From a candidate division FCPU426 bacterium (GTDB lineage Bacteria > Oederibacteriota > JAAXVQ01 > JAUVAV01), in contig JBFLYH010000002.1 of the NCBI GenBank assembly GCA_040756875.1, positions 799,078 through 863,077 on the forward strand: 64,000 bases of DNA, written 5' to 3'. Each line of letters opens with the position of its first letter. Positions within the stretch are counted from its first letter, which is position 1. Below the pieces are notes generated by a model that had not been told where the DNA came from, ran no database searches, and saw only the letters and a program-made list of their open reading frames with translations. Positions 9,721-22,999 of the stretch are shown one piece after another. The position numbers were made by a program, and so were the translations under genes.

Positions 9721-11172
9721 TTACGGGCAATTTGTTTCTTCGGTTTTTTCCTGGGAGGCTTTTTGAGGCAAAACTACCTCGACCAGTGTGCCTTTTTCCG
9801 GCTGACTTTTTACCCAGATATGTCCGCCATGTAATAAAACCAATTTGCGCGTCAAGGCAAGTCCAAGCCCGGTCCCTTCGTATTTTCGCTTTTTGGAACT
9901 GCTGGTTTGCTCAAACTCCACAAATAGTTTCGACATTTCTTCTTCCTTAATCCCTATACCCGTATCCTGAAAAGACAACAAAACCGCCGGTTCTTCAACC
10001 GTAAAAGCCTCTGACCCGGTTCCTCCATCAAACTTTCGGCCGGAAGGCACTTCCTCGGAACGTATCCATATTTTTCCTTTCTCATCGGTAAACTTAATGG
10101 CGTTTGACATCAGATTATAGAGAATCTGTTTGAATTTAGCCGCATCGCCTTGCATAACAATGTCCGCGCCTAACTGTAGAAAGATTTCAATGTTTTTTTT
10201 GTACGCCAAAGTTCTTATGGTATTATGCACTTCATCAATTAACCGATTTAACGAATAGGGTTCCACCAGCAATTCCATTTTTCCCGCTTCTACTTTAGAA
10301 ATATCCAAAATATTATTGATGAGATCCAACAAATGCCGTCCTGCATCATAAACGTGCGTGACGTAACGCAATTGTTTTTCATTTAATTCGCCGAACATTT
10401 GGTGCTTCAGCACTTCTGCGAAACCGATGATTGAATTGAGTGGCGTACGCAATTCATGCGACATACTGGCTAAAAAGTCGGATTTCATTCTGGATATATC
10501 TTCCAATTGTTCGGTTTTTATAATTAGCTCGTCTTTCTGAAGCTGCAATTCCTCGGTCGTTTCATACAACCGCAAGTTTTTTTCCACCACTTCCCGGGTT
10601 CGTTCCCTGATAATCGCCTCATTACGAACATTCATCTCTTGTAGGTTTTCCGCCAAGCGGTTTTTATCCTTAATAATAGTTTCCATGTGAGTGTACGACT
10701 TTTCAAGTTTCCTGATCATGGCTTGAAATTCATCGGCTAATTGCTCAATCTCATCATTGGTATGAATGTGCAGGTTAAAGTCATTTACACGACGAAACCG
10801 TCGGCCCGTCGGCAAGCCAAAAACGTCAAATTCGTCATCGTCTTCCGTAACCAACTTCATAGCCCGCGCCAAGCTTTGAATGGGCGCAATCATTGTGTGC
10901 GAAAGATACCAGGCTTGAATAACGCTCAATCCAATGAAAACCAGCAAAAATAAAGCATAATAAATCGTCCGCGTTATGCCGGCGGTTGGCATGGGTAAGG
11001 TAAGCCATAAAAAACCAACTGTCAGCCACAAGCTTAAAGATAATAAAGAGGCGGCAACGATGAATTTCCAGCGCAACCCGGTTTTAATTCGTACACCGGT
11101 ATCGCCTGCCGTTTTATCCGGCTTTCGTCGCTCGGTTGCATCTTGATTTGATTCGATTTGGGAATGGGTCAC
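9721..11172 (-). CDS. Membrane sensor histidine kinase (2 TM, HAMP, HisKA, HATPase_c)
   Basis: SHELRTPLNSIIGF H-box, NLMSNAIKFT N-box, DTGIGI G1, GTGLGL G2. Confidence 0.93.
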   Translation of the reverse strand: MTHSQIESNQDATERRKPDKTAGDTGVRIKTGLRWKFIVAASLLSLSLWLTVGFLWLTLPMPTAGITRTIYYALFLLVFIGLSVIQAWYLSHTMIAPIQSLARAMKLVTEDDDEFDVFGLPTGRRFRRVNDFNLHIHTNDEIEQLADEFQAMIRKLEKSYTHMETIIKDKNRLAENLQEMNVRNEAIIRERTREVVEKNLRLYETTEELQLQKDELIIKTEQLEDISRMKSDFLASMSHELRTPLNSIIGFAEVLKHQMFGELNEKQLRYVTHVYDAGRHLLDLINNILDISKVEAGKMELLVEPYSLNRLIDEVHNTIRTLAYKKNIEIFLQLGADIVMQGDAAKFKQILYNLMSNAIKFTDEKGKIWIRSEEVPSGRKFDGGTGSEAFTVEEPAVLLSFQDTGIGIKEEEMSKLFVEFEQTSSSKKRKYEGTGLGLALTRKLVLLHGGHIWVKSQPEKGTLVEVVLPQKASQEKTEETNCP

Positions 11173-11648
11173 AATCGTATAATCTCTCCGCGAAGAGTTC
11201 CATTGCCAATTTCTAGTATTCCTACTGAACGATATCCGGCAATTTTTAAATCCGTTGCGCTGCCGGGATTCATAAACCAGACACTGGATTCTTTATCCCA
11301 GTATGCCTGATGCGTATGCCCATAAACAATAATATTCGCTTTATTAAACTCTCGCCGGATCGCTTCGCGAATGCAGTTTCTGGGCACTCCGGCGCCATGG
11401 ATAAGGCCTATCCAATAATCTCCAACTCGAAATTCACGTTTGTGCGGCAATTGGTGGAGCTGGACATCCATATTCCCTGCCACCGCAGTAACCGGAGCGA
11501 TACTTTCTAATTCTATCAAGACTGATTCGCTCTCTATATCCCCGGCGTGAAGTATGCGATCGACGTTTTTAAAAACGGTATTGATTTCAGGCGGTAGTAC
11601 ACTGGCATTCATTGGTATATGCGTATCTGAAATTACTCCCAATCGCAT
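11169..11648 (-). CDS. YfcE/YsnB-family metallophosphoesterase
   Basis: SDTH, HAGD, GNMD, HG, GHTH, NPGS motifs. Confidence 0.9.
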   Translation of the reverse strand: MRLGVISDTHIPMNASVLPPEINTVFKNVDRILHAGDIESESVLIELESIAPVTAVAGNMDVQLHQLPHKREFRVGDYWIGLIHGAGVPRNCIREAIRREFNKANIIVYGHTHQAYWDKESSVWFMNPGSATDLKIAGYRSVGILEIGNGTLRGEIIRL

Positions 11649-11767
11649 TTATGAATTTCCTATTCCAAATGTACCGATACGAGGTTTTTGGTTGAACGAT
11701 TCACGAAAGAATAAATATCGACTCTTGGGAGTCATCCGGCGTGAGGGGGGCGTAAAGACTGAAGAAT

Positions 11768-11860
11768 TGGCGGAGAGGCAGGGGTTCGAACCCTGGGTAC
11801 CCCTTGTGAGGGTACAACTGCTTAGCAGGCAGCTGCCTTCGACCACTCGGCCACCTCTCC
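11768..11860 (-). tRNA. tRNA-Ser(GCT)
   Basis: GCTGC-CT-GCT-AA-GCAGT anticodon arm, long variable arm, ends GCCA. Confidence 0.95.
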
Positions 11861-11909
11861 GATTTTTTATCCGGCGTCGACCCGAAATCCCGCGGATATT
11901 CTATTATTC

Positions 11910-11997
11910 TGGCGGAGGGCGAGGGACTCGAACCCCCAAGTCCAGAAAAGGACGGCAGATTTCAAGTCTGCTGCATTACCAATTATGCTAGCCCTCC
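11910..11997 (-). tRNA. tRNA-Ser(TGA)
   Basis: GGAGGGC acceptor, GCAGA-CT-TGA-AA-TCTGC, long variable arm, ends GCCA. Confidence 0.93.
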
Positions 11998-12047
11998 CGC
12001 CGGCTTCGAGGCATCATAAAATTGTATTTGGAAAAACACAACCAAAA

Positions 12048-13340
12048 TTACGCCAACTGGCCAGCAGGGTTGATATACTTTGCCCCTCGTAAATACGGCT
12101 GAAGAGCCGTTGGGATTCTCATTCCGCCTTCTTCTGTTTGATAGCACTCCATAATCGCAGGCAACAACCGGGATGTTGCTAACCCCGATCCATTCAGGGT
12201 GTGGCAATACTGTACTTTGCCTTCCTGATCTTTAAACCGCATGTTCATCCGTCGCGCTTGAAACGCCTCAAAATTCGAGCAGGATGAAACCTCCCAAAAA
12301 CGCTGGACGCCTGAATGCCAAACCTCCAAATCGTAGCTCTTCGCGCTGGCAAATGACATATCGCCTGTGGAGAGGAGAACAACACGATAATGCAACTCTA
12401 AGCGATGAAGGATGCGTTCGGCGTCGACAACTAAATTTTCCAACTCTTGATACGATGAATCCGGGGTGGTTATTTTAACCAATTCCACTTTGTTGAATTG
12501 ATGTTGTCTCACAATCCCTTGAGTATCTTTTCCGTAGCTTCCCGCTTCTTTTCTAAAGCAGGGGGTATAGGCGACGTACCGAAGCGGCAATTGCTCAGCA
12601 GGAATCACTTCCTCTCGGTGCATGTTTGTTACAGGCACTTCGGCGGTTGGAATGAGGAAATACTCCTCGTCACTTGTTTTAAACATGTCGTTTTCTAACT
12701 TTGGCAACTGTCCGGTGCCTATCATGGCCGACCGGTTTACCAGCAAAGGGGGTATAACCTCCAAATACCCCGCCTCCCTTTGCATATCCAACATGAACTG
12801 TATAATCGCCCGTTCCAAACGTGCGCCCGTGTCCCGGTATATAACAAAACGTGCGCCGCTTATTTTGGTGGCTCTTGCCTCATCCAGCATACCCAAGCGT
12901 TCACCTATCACCCAATGCGGTTGAGGTTGAAAAGCAAAAACCGGAGCCTCCCCCCATCTTCTAATTTCTTTATTCGCAGAAGCATCTTTGCCCCTCGGAA
13001 CAACCGCCTCGGGAAGATTGGGGATTTGCAGTAAATACGCATCAATAGCATCGTCTATCTCACGAAGCTGATTATCCAGACGTTTAATTTCATCACTGAC
13101 CGCGCGCATTGCGGAAATTTCCTGATCGGGATTTTCTCCGCGCTGTTTTTTAACCGCGATCCCCTCGCTTGATTTATTTCGCTGGGCTTTCAACCGTTCA
13201 CAGCGCGTCAACAGTTCCCGACGTTCTGATTCTTTTTCAAGGAGCGCCGACAAATCTAGGGAATTGTTGCGGTCTGCTAACATTTGCCGGACTACTTCAG
13301 GATGTTCTCTAACGAAACGTCTATCCAGCACTTGATACAT
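12048..13340 (-). CDS. serS: Serine--tRNA ligase
   Basis: GTGQLPK, LIPTAEVP, FRKEAGS, RQHQFNKVE, EVSSCSN, HTLNGSGLA. Confidence 0.97.
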   Translation of the reverse strand: MYQVLDRRFVREHPEVVRQMLADRNNSLDLSALLEKESERRELLTRCERLKAQRNKSSEGIAVKKQRGENPDQEISAMRAVSDEIKRLDNQLREIDDAIDAYLLQIPNLPEAVVPRGKDASANKEIRRWGEAPVFAFQPQPHWVIGERLGMLDEARATKISGARFVIYRDTGARLERAIIQFMLDMQREAGYLEVIPPLLVNRSAMIGTGQLPKLENDMFKTSDEEYFLIPTAEVPVTNMHREEVIPAEQLPLRYVAYTPCFRKEAGSYGKDTQGIVRQHQFNKVELVKITTPDSSYQELENLVVDAERILHRLELHYRVVLLSTGDMSFASAKSYDLEVWHSGVQRFWEVSSCSNFEAFQARRMNMRFKDQEGKVQYCHTLNGSGLATSRLLPAIMECYQTEEGGMRIPTALQPYLRGAKYINPAGQLA

Positions 13341-13398
13341 CCATCCTGTGTAATTTATTTTGGTTGAGCAAAAATCCGCTTTAAGCCGTGCAGTGGAT

Positions 13399-16173
<2,775 letters not shown>

Positions 16174-16338
16174 TTATATCCATTAATACTTCTTATTAAG
16201 AAATATCGCCATGATGTGATTTTTATAAAAAGCACATCATTTTTAATAAAATAAATGTTCTATCAGGTAGGTAGGCTTTGGGCCCAAAAAAGGATTAAAA
16301 TTAATGTTAGAATTTGTTTAAACGCAAAATTGCGATTA

Positions 16339-16668
16339 TTACTTTGTTTTTCCTAATTTAAAAATGATATCTTCAAACTCTATTCCATGCTGGGATAGAA
16401 ATAATTTGGCTTTAATTTTAATCTTTTCCTTTAGAAAAGTCAACTCATTCAACCAGGCGGAATTTTCAGCAGTCACAGTAAGTATTTTACTTCTATTCAT
16501 ACTTAGTTTGGTGTGCTGAGAAATTTTTTCCCCGACTATTGAGTACCAGAAAGCATTTAAAGAAAGCTCTTTCTGATTATATTGAGATTGTATTTTACCT
16601 AAAACCTTTTTTAAAACTGTATTAAGAGGAATGGGCCGATTTTTATTTCTTTGATTGTAATTAGACAT
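16339..16668 (-). CDS. DUF721 / DciA-family protein
   Basis: W..IVG..I..HT and L.V...NSAWLNEL pattern; conserved position between recF and gyrB. Confidence 0.75.
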   Translation of the reverse strand: MSNYNQRNKNRPIPLNTVLKKVLGKIQSQYNQKELSLNAFWYSIVGEKISQHTKLSMNRSKILTVTAENSAWLNELTFLKEKIKIKAKLFLSQHGIEFEDIIFKLGKTK

Positions 16669-17776
16669 GATTTTTATTTATTTCTCCATTATTAACATTA
16701 AAAACATCTGATTTTATCAATAATTGTTCGAAATCTTCTCTATTGGTTCCTGTAATAAATACTTGAGGCTTAAAATGTATTAATGATAATAAATCCTCTT
16801 TTCTTTTTTCATCTAACTCAGAAAAAATATCATCAAGCAAAAAAACAGGATACTCTTTAGTCACATCATTAATAAATTCCGCCTCTGCAACTCTTAGACT
16901 GATAGCAATGGATCTTTTTTGCCCTTGAGATCCAAAAACCCTTGAATTTAAATTGTTTAATTTAATTTCAATGTCATCTCTATGACAACCGATTATTGAT
17001 ATACCCCTTGCTATTTCTTCTGGCTGTACTCTCTTAAGCCTAATTTTAAACGCTTTTTCATAATCGTCATCAATTCCACTTGGTGTACTATATATTGTAT
17101 CTTTATAATTTATTTCTAAATCTTCTGTGTTTTTCAACTTTTTATGTATATTATGTGATAATAAATTAATTATTAATATATTTTCTGTCCTTTTCTTATA
17201 TATTTTGTGTGAAAATGTTATTAATTGTTCATTCCAAGGATACAAAGAATTTTCTTTTTCAATATTGAGCTTTATCTTTTTTAATAAAATGTTTCTTTGC
17301 TTTAGTATTTTATGATAATTAATCAAATTTATTAAATATTCTTTATCAATTTTTGATAAAATATTATCAATATATCTTCTTCTAATAGAAGAATCTCCCT
17401 TTACTATAAGTAAATCATCTGGTGAAAACAAAGTAATATTAAGTTTTCCTATGTAATCAGAAATTTTGAGGACTTTCTTACTATTCAATCTTATTATTTT
17501 ATTTTCATTTTTAAAAAAGTTTATTTTTACATCATTTTCTAATCCATTATTAGTTATTTTTGAAGAAATACATGCATTATTTTCATTAATATTAATAATT
17601 TCCTTTTCATCATTAGTTCTAAATGATTTTAAATTTCCAACTATATACAAGCTCTCAATAAAATTAGTTTTTCCTTGAGCATTATTTCCAATAATTACAT
17701 TAATATTTTTATTAAATTCTATTTCTGATTTTATTATGTTTCTTATATTTATAATTGATATTTTTTTTATTTTCAT
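16661..17776 (-). CDS. recF: DNA replication/repair protein RecF
   Basis: GNNAQGKTN Walker A, GSQGQKR signature, LLDDIFSELD Walker B; ATG 17776 preferred over the GTG that lies inside parS. Confidence 0.95.
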   Translation of the reverse strand: MKIKKISIINIRNIIKSEIEFNKNINVIIGNNAQGKTNFIESLYIVGNLKSFRTNDEKEIININENNACISSKITNNGLENDVKINFFKNENKIIRLNSKKVLKISDYIGKLNITLFSPDDLLIVKGDSSIRRRYIDNILSKIDKEYLINLINYHKILKQRNILLKKIKLNIEKENSLYPWNEQLITFSHKIYKKRTENILIINLLSHNIHKKLKNTEDLEINYKDTIYSTPSGIDDDYEKAFKIRLKRVQPEEIARGISIIGCHRDDIEIKLNNLNSRVFGSQGQKRSIAISLRVAEAEFINDVTKEYPVFLLDDIFSELDEKRKEDLLSLIHFKPQVFITGTNREDFEQLLIKSDVFNVNNGEINKNHV

Positions 17777-17780
17777 TTTT

Positions 17781-17796
17781 TGTTTCACGTGAAACT
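17781..17796. promoter_or_regulatory. parS centromere-like site
   Basis: TGTTTCACGTGAAACT, a 15/16 match to the palindrome TGTTTCACGTGAAACA. Confidence 0.88.
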
Positions 17797-18512
17797 TATA
17801 ATGGTTTTTTCCTAGGAACTCCGACTCTTCTAGGATATTTAATATCTGTTTCTGCTATTTTTTCCACAACTACTATATTTCTACTATAATTTGAGAAAGG
17901 AACAATAAATTCATGCTTTTTCACTATTTTTCCATTAAGTAATGTTAATGATTTTAACGAGTTTTCCACTTCATTTTCAACAATAGGGCCTTTATATAAA
18001 ATAGAAATTCCTCCAATTTTCAATAATGGTATAGAATATTCTAAAACAGTATTTAATGAACTTACTGCTCTAACAACAGCTATATCGAATATTCCTCTAT
18101 AATTTTCTTTTCTGCCAATATTTTCAACATTATCATTCAAATACTCTATATCTATAAGATCCAATTCTCTGGATATTTCTTTAACAATAGCAATCTTCTT
18201 TTTCGATGAATCCAATAAATTGATTTTAACTGCTTCTTCTAATAAAATTTTTATTGGCAATCCTGGAAAGCCAGCTCCAGTTCCAATATCTATTATCTTT
18301 TTACCTTTAAAATTTATTATTGTACATGGAACTACTGAATCTAAAAAATGTTTTAAAATAACATCTTTATCATTCTCTATAGATGTAATATTTGTTTTTG
18401 AATTCCAATATTTTATTAATTCCATATACTTTAAAAATCTATGAACTTGCTTTTCGGAAAGTACAATTCCTATTTCTTTAAAACTATTCAATAGCAGTGA
18501 TTCATTGTTCAT
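17796..18512 (-). CDS. rsmG: 16S rRNA m7G527 methyltransferase RsmG (GidB)
   Basis: WN...NITS, KHFLDS, IDIGTGAGFPG, YPRRVGVPRKKPL. Confidence 0.95.
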   Translation of the reverse strand: MNNESLLLNSFKEIGIVLSEKQVHRFLKYMELIKYWNSKTNITSIENDKDVILKHFLDSVVPCTIINFKGKKIIDIGTGAGFPGLPIKILLEEAVKINLLDSSKKKIAIVKEISRELDLIDIEYLNDNVENIGRKENYRGIFDIAVVRAVSSLNTVLEYSIPLLKIGGISILYKGPIVENEVENSLKSLTLLNGKIVKKHEFIVPFSNYSRNIVVVEKIAETDIKYPRRVGVPRKKPL

Positions 18513-18515
18513 AAT

Positions 18516-18531
18516 TGTTCCACGTGAAACA
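18516..18531. promoter_or_regulatory. parS centromere-like site
   Basis: TGTTCCACGTGAAACA matches the consensus TGTTNCACGTGAAACA. Confidence 0.92.
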
Positions 18532-19884
18532 TTATTTTCCTATACAAAAATTAGAAAAAATATCATTCAATATTTCATCATTATTTACTTCACCAATTAT
18601 TTCTGAAAGCTTTATTATTGCAACATTTATATGAAATAATATCATATCAAATTTACTATTTTCATAATTAATAATATTTAAAGCATTTTTTATTTCAATA
18701 ACAGCATCATTCAATAACATGGTTTGTCTGTGGTTTATATTAATGCAATCATCTCGATATTCTGAATTTATTCTTTCTGCTAAAATGTTTAATAATTCTT
18801 CTATTCCTTTATTATTTATAGATGATGTATAGACTATATCTTTATAATTACTTAATTTTGAAAGAGATTCATCAGGGAATAAATCACATTTATTCAATAC
18901 GATTATTCCTCTAGAAGAAATAATATCGTTTATATCATTCATATAATCAGTGACATCTTTATTTTGATCTAATACAAAAATAATAATATCTGACTTTTGT
19001 TTTTGTTTAATAGTATTCGATATTGATACTATATCTATATTATCACGCATATCTTTAAATCCAGCTGTATCTGTTATTTTAACCTCTCTTCCGTCTATTT
19101 CAACAATTTCAGATATATAATCTCTTGTTGTGCCTGGAACTTCACTAACAATTGATCTTTCTATCTTCAGTATTTTATTAAATAAACTTGATTTTCCAGA
19201 ATTTGCTGGCCCAATTAATGAAATAGAAATATATTCACCATCTTTTTTATTTTTACATTTACTAATTATGTTATTAATTGTATTTACAGATGATAAAAGA
19301 ATTTCTTTAATGTAACTAATCCCATTTTCAACAATAGAAAATTCTACATCCGCATATATATTTGCCACCGATTTTTCCAATTCTTTCTTCAATTTAATAC
19401 ACATGCCATTAAATCCTTCATCATACTTTTTCCATATTGATAAGATATTTTCTGTTGTCCGCGCTTTAATCAACTCATCTATCGCTTCCGCTTGAATTAG
19501 AGTGATTCTTCCATTCTCAAATGCTCGTCGAGTAAACTCACCAGGATTAGCTATTCTCGCTCCGTTAGTAATAATCATATCCATAATTAACTTAATTACT
19601 GCTCTTCCTCCATGGCAATGAATTTCTACTGTAAGCTCTCCTGTGTAGCTTTTCCCACGTGGCATCAATGCCAATAAAACTTCGTCAATTTTCTCTCTTT
19701 TTTCATTATAAATACTGGAGTGTAATAATTTTCTTGTATTCAATTGATTTAATGAAGATAAGTTATATGGTGTGCTTATGACATTATTAACAATATCTAG
19801 TGACTTCGGACCTGATATTCTTATTATCCCAATTCCACCTCGGCCTGGTGGAGTACAAATTGCTGCGATCGTATCCGACCGCAT
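18532..19884 (-). CDS. mnmE: tRNA modification GTPase MnmE (TrmE)
   Basis: DTIAAI..GGIGIIRISG, SYTGE, GEFTRRAF, GKSS, PGTTRD, DTAG, NKCD, C-terminal FCIGK. Confidence 0.93.
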   Translation of the reverse strand: MRSDTIAAICTPPGRGGIGIIRISGPKSLDIVNNVISTPYNLSSLNQLNTRKLLHSSIYNEKREKIDEVLLALMPRGKSYTGELTVEIHCHGGRAVIKLIMDMIITNGARIANPGEFTRRAFENGRITLIQAEAIDELIKARTTENILSIWKKYDEGFNGMCIKLKKELEKSVANIYADVEFSIVENGISYIKEILLSSVNTINNIISKCKNKKDGEYISISLIGPANSGKSSLFNKILKIERSIVSEVPGTTRDYISEIVEIDGREVKITDTAGFKDMRDNIDIVSISNTIKQKQKSDIIIFVLDQNKDVTDYMNDINDIISSRGIIVLNKCDLFPDESLSKLSNYKDIVYTSSINNKGIEELLNILAERINSEYRDDCININHRQTMLLNDAVIEIKNALNIINYENSKFDMILFHINVAIIKLSEIIGEVNNDEILNDIFSNFCIGK

Positions 19885-19921
19885 ATCTATTTCCTCTTTC
19901 TTTTTAATCTGCTTTTATATT

Positions 19922-20638
19922 TTAAGATATTTCGCTTTCTTTTGGAGCTATTACAACTCTTCTAAATGCACCCTCTCCAAGACTATACGTAGTTACATAA
20001 GGATTATCTTTTAAAATAAGGTGTATTATTCTCCGATCAAAAGCACTCATGGCTTTTAATTGCTCTTCCTGCTTTGTATCAGCGACTTTTTGAGCAATTT
20101 TTTTTGCGGTTTTTTCTAATATCATTTTATGTCTTTGGCGGTATCCGCCAACATCAACAATAAATCGGCCTTTTTGTTCCATTTGGTGATGCATAATTTT
20201 ATTAAGTATATATTGCAGCGCTGCCAAAGTTTGTCCATGCTTGCCTATTAGCAATCCTTCAGCATCACACAAAATATCATGAACAATGCTTCCTTCTTCT
20301 AGCGATGTTTTAAGCTTTGTTTGTATCCCCATTGTAATTAATATCTTATTTAAGATGCCTTCGCTTTTTTCCGATAATTCCTTTGCCTCGTCTGGTGATA
20401 ATTCTGCGGTTGTGTGTGATTCCTCACTGCTGCTTTTATTAGGCGTCGGGGATTGTTTAATTTCATTGTTTTTTGCACATCTCACATTTACTTTAGCCAT
20501 TTTAGTCAATCCAAAAATGCCTTTAACGGGTTCCTGAAGAATTTCTATTTGGGCGTCTTCTCTTGAACAACCTAGAAAATTTAATGCAGCTTCAATGGCG
20601 CCTTCGATGGTTTTCGCTTCGCGTATGATCTCCTGCAT
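19922..20638 (-). CDS. jag: Jag/KhpB (EloR) RNA-binding protein
   Basis: N-terminal Jag domain (KGIFGL), KH GLLIGKHGQTLAALQY, R3H RRIIH. Confidence 0.92.
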   Translation of the reverse strand: MQEIIREAKTIEGAIEAALNFLGCSREDAQIEILQEPVKGIFGLTKMAKVNVRCAKNNEIKQSPTPNKSSSEESHTTAELSPDEAKELSEKSEGILNKILITMGIQTKLKTSLEEGSIVHDILCDAEGLLIGKHGQTLAALQYILNKIMHHQMEQKGRFIVDVGGYRQRHKMILEKTAKKIAQKVADTKQEEQLKAMSAFDRRIIHLILKDNPYVTTYSLGEGAFRRVVIAPKESEIS

Positions 20639-20661
20639 TTCCTGTGGGCCTCCTTATTCAA

Positions 20662-22236
20662 TCAACGACTGCGGTTGATTAGTAATTGTTGTCCTATAGA
20701 AAGTATATTTGAAACTACCCAATATAATAATAATCCTGAAGGCCAAACAAAAGCAAAAAAGGTAAGCATTGCCGGCATGAAATATAACATCATTTTTTGC
20801 TGAGCGGCAGCTTCTGGCGTCGCTGCTGGTGGTGTTGACATTTTCTGTTGTATGAACATACTTATTCCCATTAACAGTGGTAAGACATAATAAGGATCTT
20901 TTAAAGATAAATCTTTCCAAAACCAAATAAAAGGAGCTCCCTTTAACTCAACTGATGACACTAAGGTTGAATATAATGCAAAAAATACCGGCATCTGCAA
21001 AAGCATCGGTAAACATCCACCCATGGGATTTATTTGATATTCACGATACAATTTCATTGTTTCTTCATTAAGTTTGGCAGGTTCGTTTTTATATATTTCT
21101 TTAAGTGTTTTCAACCGGGGTTGCATTTTATTCATTGCGGTTTGCATTTTTTTCATAGATGAATAACTTTTTTGTGTCGGCCACCAAAGAATAACTCTTA
21201 TAAGAATAGTCAATAAAATGATGGCAAATCCATAGTTTTTTGTTATTGAATAGAAAAATTTCAATAAATAATAAAGCGGCACGCCTATAATGTGAAAAAA
21301 TCCAAAATGCACAACGTGTTGCAGCTGGTATCCAATTTTTTTAAGATTTTCATAATTTTGAGGCCCCAAATATGCATGCATTTCGATTACTTTTGTCTCG
21401 CCTGGCATGAGTTCTATGTTTGGAAATACGATATATAAAGACATGCTTTGATCTTCTGAATATTTAACTATTGCAGATGAAAATTGAGGATTTGATTTAT
21501 AAAAAATCATGCAAAAGTATTGATCCTTAATTCCCAGCCATTCCGGTGTGTAATCAACTTTTTCAATACCGCTTTTCTTTTGAGGTTTGATTCTCAATAC
21601 TTTTGCTTTTGAATAAATGACTATCTGCTTGATATTTTGAGGGGATGATCGTTCTTTGACAAGTTGCCAGATTAGCTTGGGTGTTTTTAATTCTATGACG
21701 TTTTTACTCAAATTGCCTATTTTTATCTCAACTTTAGCAGTTTGATTATTAAAAAACGAGATCTTCTTGGCAATTTGATATTGCTCTTTTTTCTTAAGTT
21801 CTAATGTGAAGTTTTCGGTCCCTCTATTAAAATCCCAATGTTCCTTTTTGTCGTTTACATTTTCTTCGTTCACTGCATACTCAAAATTAAAATTGTCGTT
21901 TTGTTCATTGGGCTTGATAAATGCTATCAGTTCTTCGTTATTCGGCGCGGTTTTTAACAACACCTCTTTAAGAATACCTTTGCTATTTGCGCTCATCTTT
22001 AAAAAATTATTTTCAAATTGATAATCGCTTCCTTTTTCATTGCTTTCCACTAACGCTTTTTCATCACTAATTTTTAATATTTTTTCGATTTCATCGCTTT
22101 CCGGTTTAGTGGTTTTTTCTGTAATATTAATATGGCTCGTAGAGATTTTTTGTTTTGCCTTTTGCATCGCATAATAATTAGAAAAATATAAAACCGCTAC
22201 GGAAATAATGATGAAAATGACAAATCTTTTATCCAT
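20662..22236 (-). CDS. yidC: Membrane protein insertase YidC
   Basis: Large periplasmic domain, NYGFAIILLT, NPMGGCLPMLLQMPVF, PSGLLLYW. Confidence 0.95.
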   Translation of the reverse strand: MDKRFVIFIIISVAVLYFSNYYAMQKAKQKISTSHINITEKTTKPESDEIEKILKISDEKALVESNEKGSDYQFENNFLKMSANSKGILKEVLLKTAPNNEELIAFIKPNEQNDNFNFEYAVNEENVNDKKEHWDFNRGTENFTLELKKKEQYQIAKKISFFNNQTAKVEIKIGNLSKNVIELKTPKLIWQLVKERSSPQNIKQIVIYSKAKVLRIKPQKKSGIEKVDYTPEWLGIKDQYFCMIFYKSNPQFSSAIVKYSEDQSMSLYIVFPNIELMPGETKVIEMHAYLGPQNYENLKKIGYQLQHVVHFGFFHIIGVPLYYLLKFFYSITKNYGFAIILLTILIRVILWWPTQKSYSSMKKMQTAMNKMQPRLKTLKEIYKNEPAKLNEETMKLYREYQINPMGGCLPMLLQMPVFFALYSTLVSSVELKGAPFIWFWKDLSLKDPYYVLPLLMGISMFIQQKMSTPPAATPEAAAQQKMMLYFMPAMLTFFAFVWPSGLLLYWVVSNILSIGQQLLINRSR

Positions 22237-22247
22237 TTTTCACCTGC

Positions 22248-22469
22248 TTATTTTAATGGATCATAACCCCCGGCATGAAAGGGGTGACACCGCAATATTC
22301 TCATTATTGCAAGATAAACTCCCTTTATTGGACCATACTTTAAAATTGCTTCTTCGCTATATTTTGAACAGGTGGGAATAAATCTACAAGCCTGGCCTAA
22401 ATATGGTGATACCCAAGTTTTATATATTTTTATGGAATATATTAAAATACTAATTATTATTTTATTCAT
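22248..22469 (-). CDS. yidD: Membrane protein insertion efficiency factor YidD
   Basis: CRFIPTCSKY..RILRCHPF..GGYDP. Confidence 0.95.
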   Translation of the reverse strand: MNKIIISILIYSIKIYKTWVSPYLGQACRFIPTCSKYSEEAILKYGPIKGVYLAIMRILRCHPFHAGGYDPLK

Positions 22470-22819
22470 TAGATTATTTTCTCTTTTTTAAACATTTCTG
22501 TCATATTTTTTAACATTTCTTCACTTTTCTTGTTATTAAACTCATTATAAATAATAATAACTATACAAATTTGTACTTTAAATGAAACTCTAACTTTTCT
22601 GAAGTATTCTTTAATACGCCTTTTATACTTGTTTTTTAAAGCTTTATTTTTAATTTTTCTTGATACTATTATCCCAATTTTTGATTTTACATTATCGCTT
22701 TTCTCGTAATGAATTCTATAGAAGTCACAATTAATTCTTTTTCCTTTGGTTATTATTTTATTAAATTCATTTGTATCTGTTATTCTTGCTTTTTTAGGTA
22801 GGTTGTATCTAATGGGCAT
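22469..22819 (-). CDS. rnpA: Ribonuclease P protein component
   Basis: Position between rpmH and yidD; GIIVSRKI..KALKNKYKRRIKE (divergent RNR motif). Confidence 0.85.
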   Translation of the reverse strand: MPIRYNLPKKARITDTNEFNKIITKGKRINCDFYRIHYEKSDNVKSKIGIIVSRKIKNKALKNKYKRRIKEYFRKVRVSFKVQICIVIIIYNEFNNKKSEEMLKNMTEMFKKEKII

Positions 22820-22953
22820 TATGCGGTCAATTTTTTTCTTCCTTTTTGCCTTCTCTTTTTTATGACGTTTTTTCCACCTGTGGTTTCCATTCTTTTTCTA
22901 AAACCGTGTTTCTTTTTTCTTTTGGTTTTGTTGGGTTGATATGTGCGTTTCAT
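22819..22953 (-). CDS. rpmH: 50S ribosomal protein L34
   Basis: Manual translation [44 protein letters not shown] (44 aa); TAATG overlap with rnpA; too short for the ORF track. Confidence 0.95.
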   Translation of the reverse strand: MKRTYQPNKTKRKKKHGFRKRMETTGGKNVIKKRRQKGRKKLTA

Positions 22954-22999
22954 TCTTCTTCCTTTCACTATTTAATGTGTTTTTTTATTTTATTCACGC

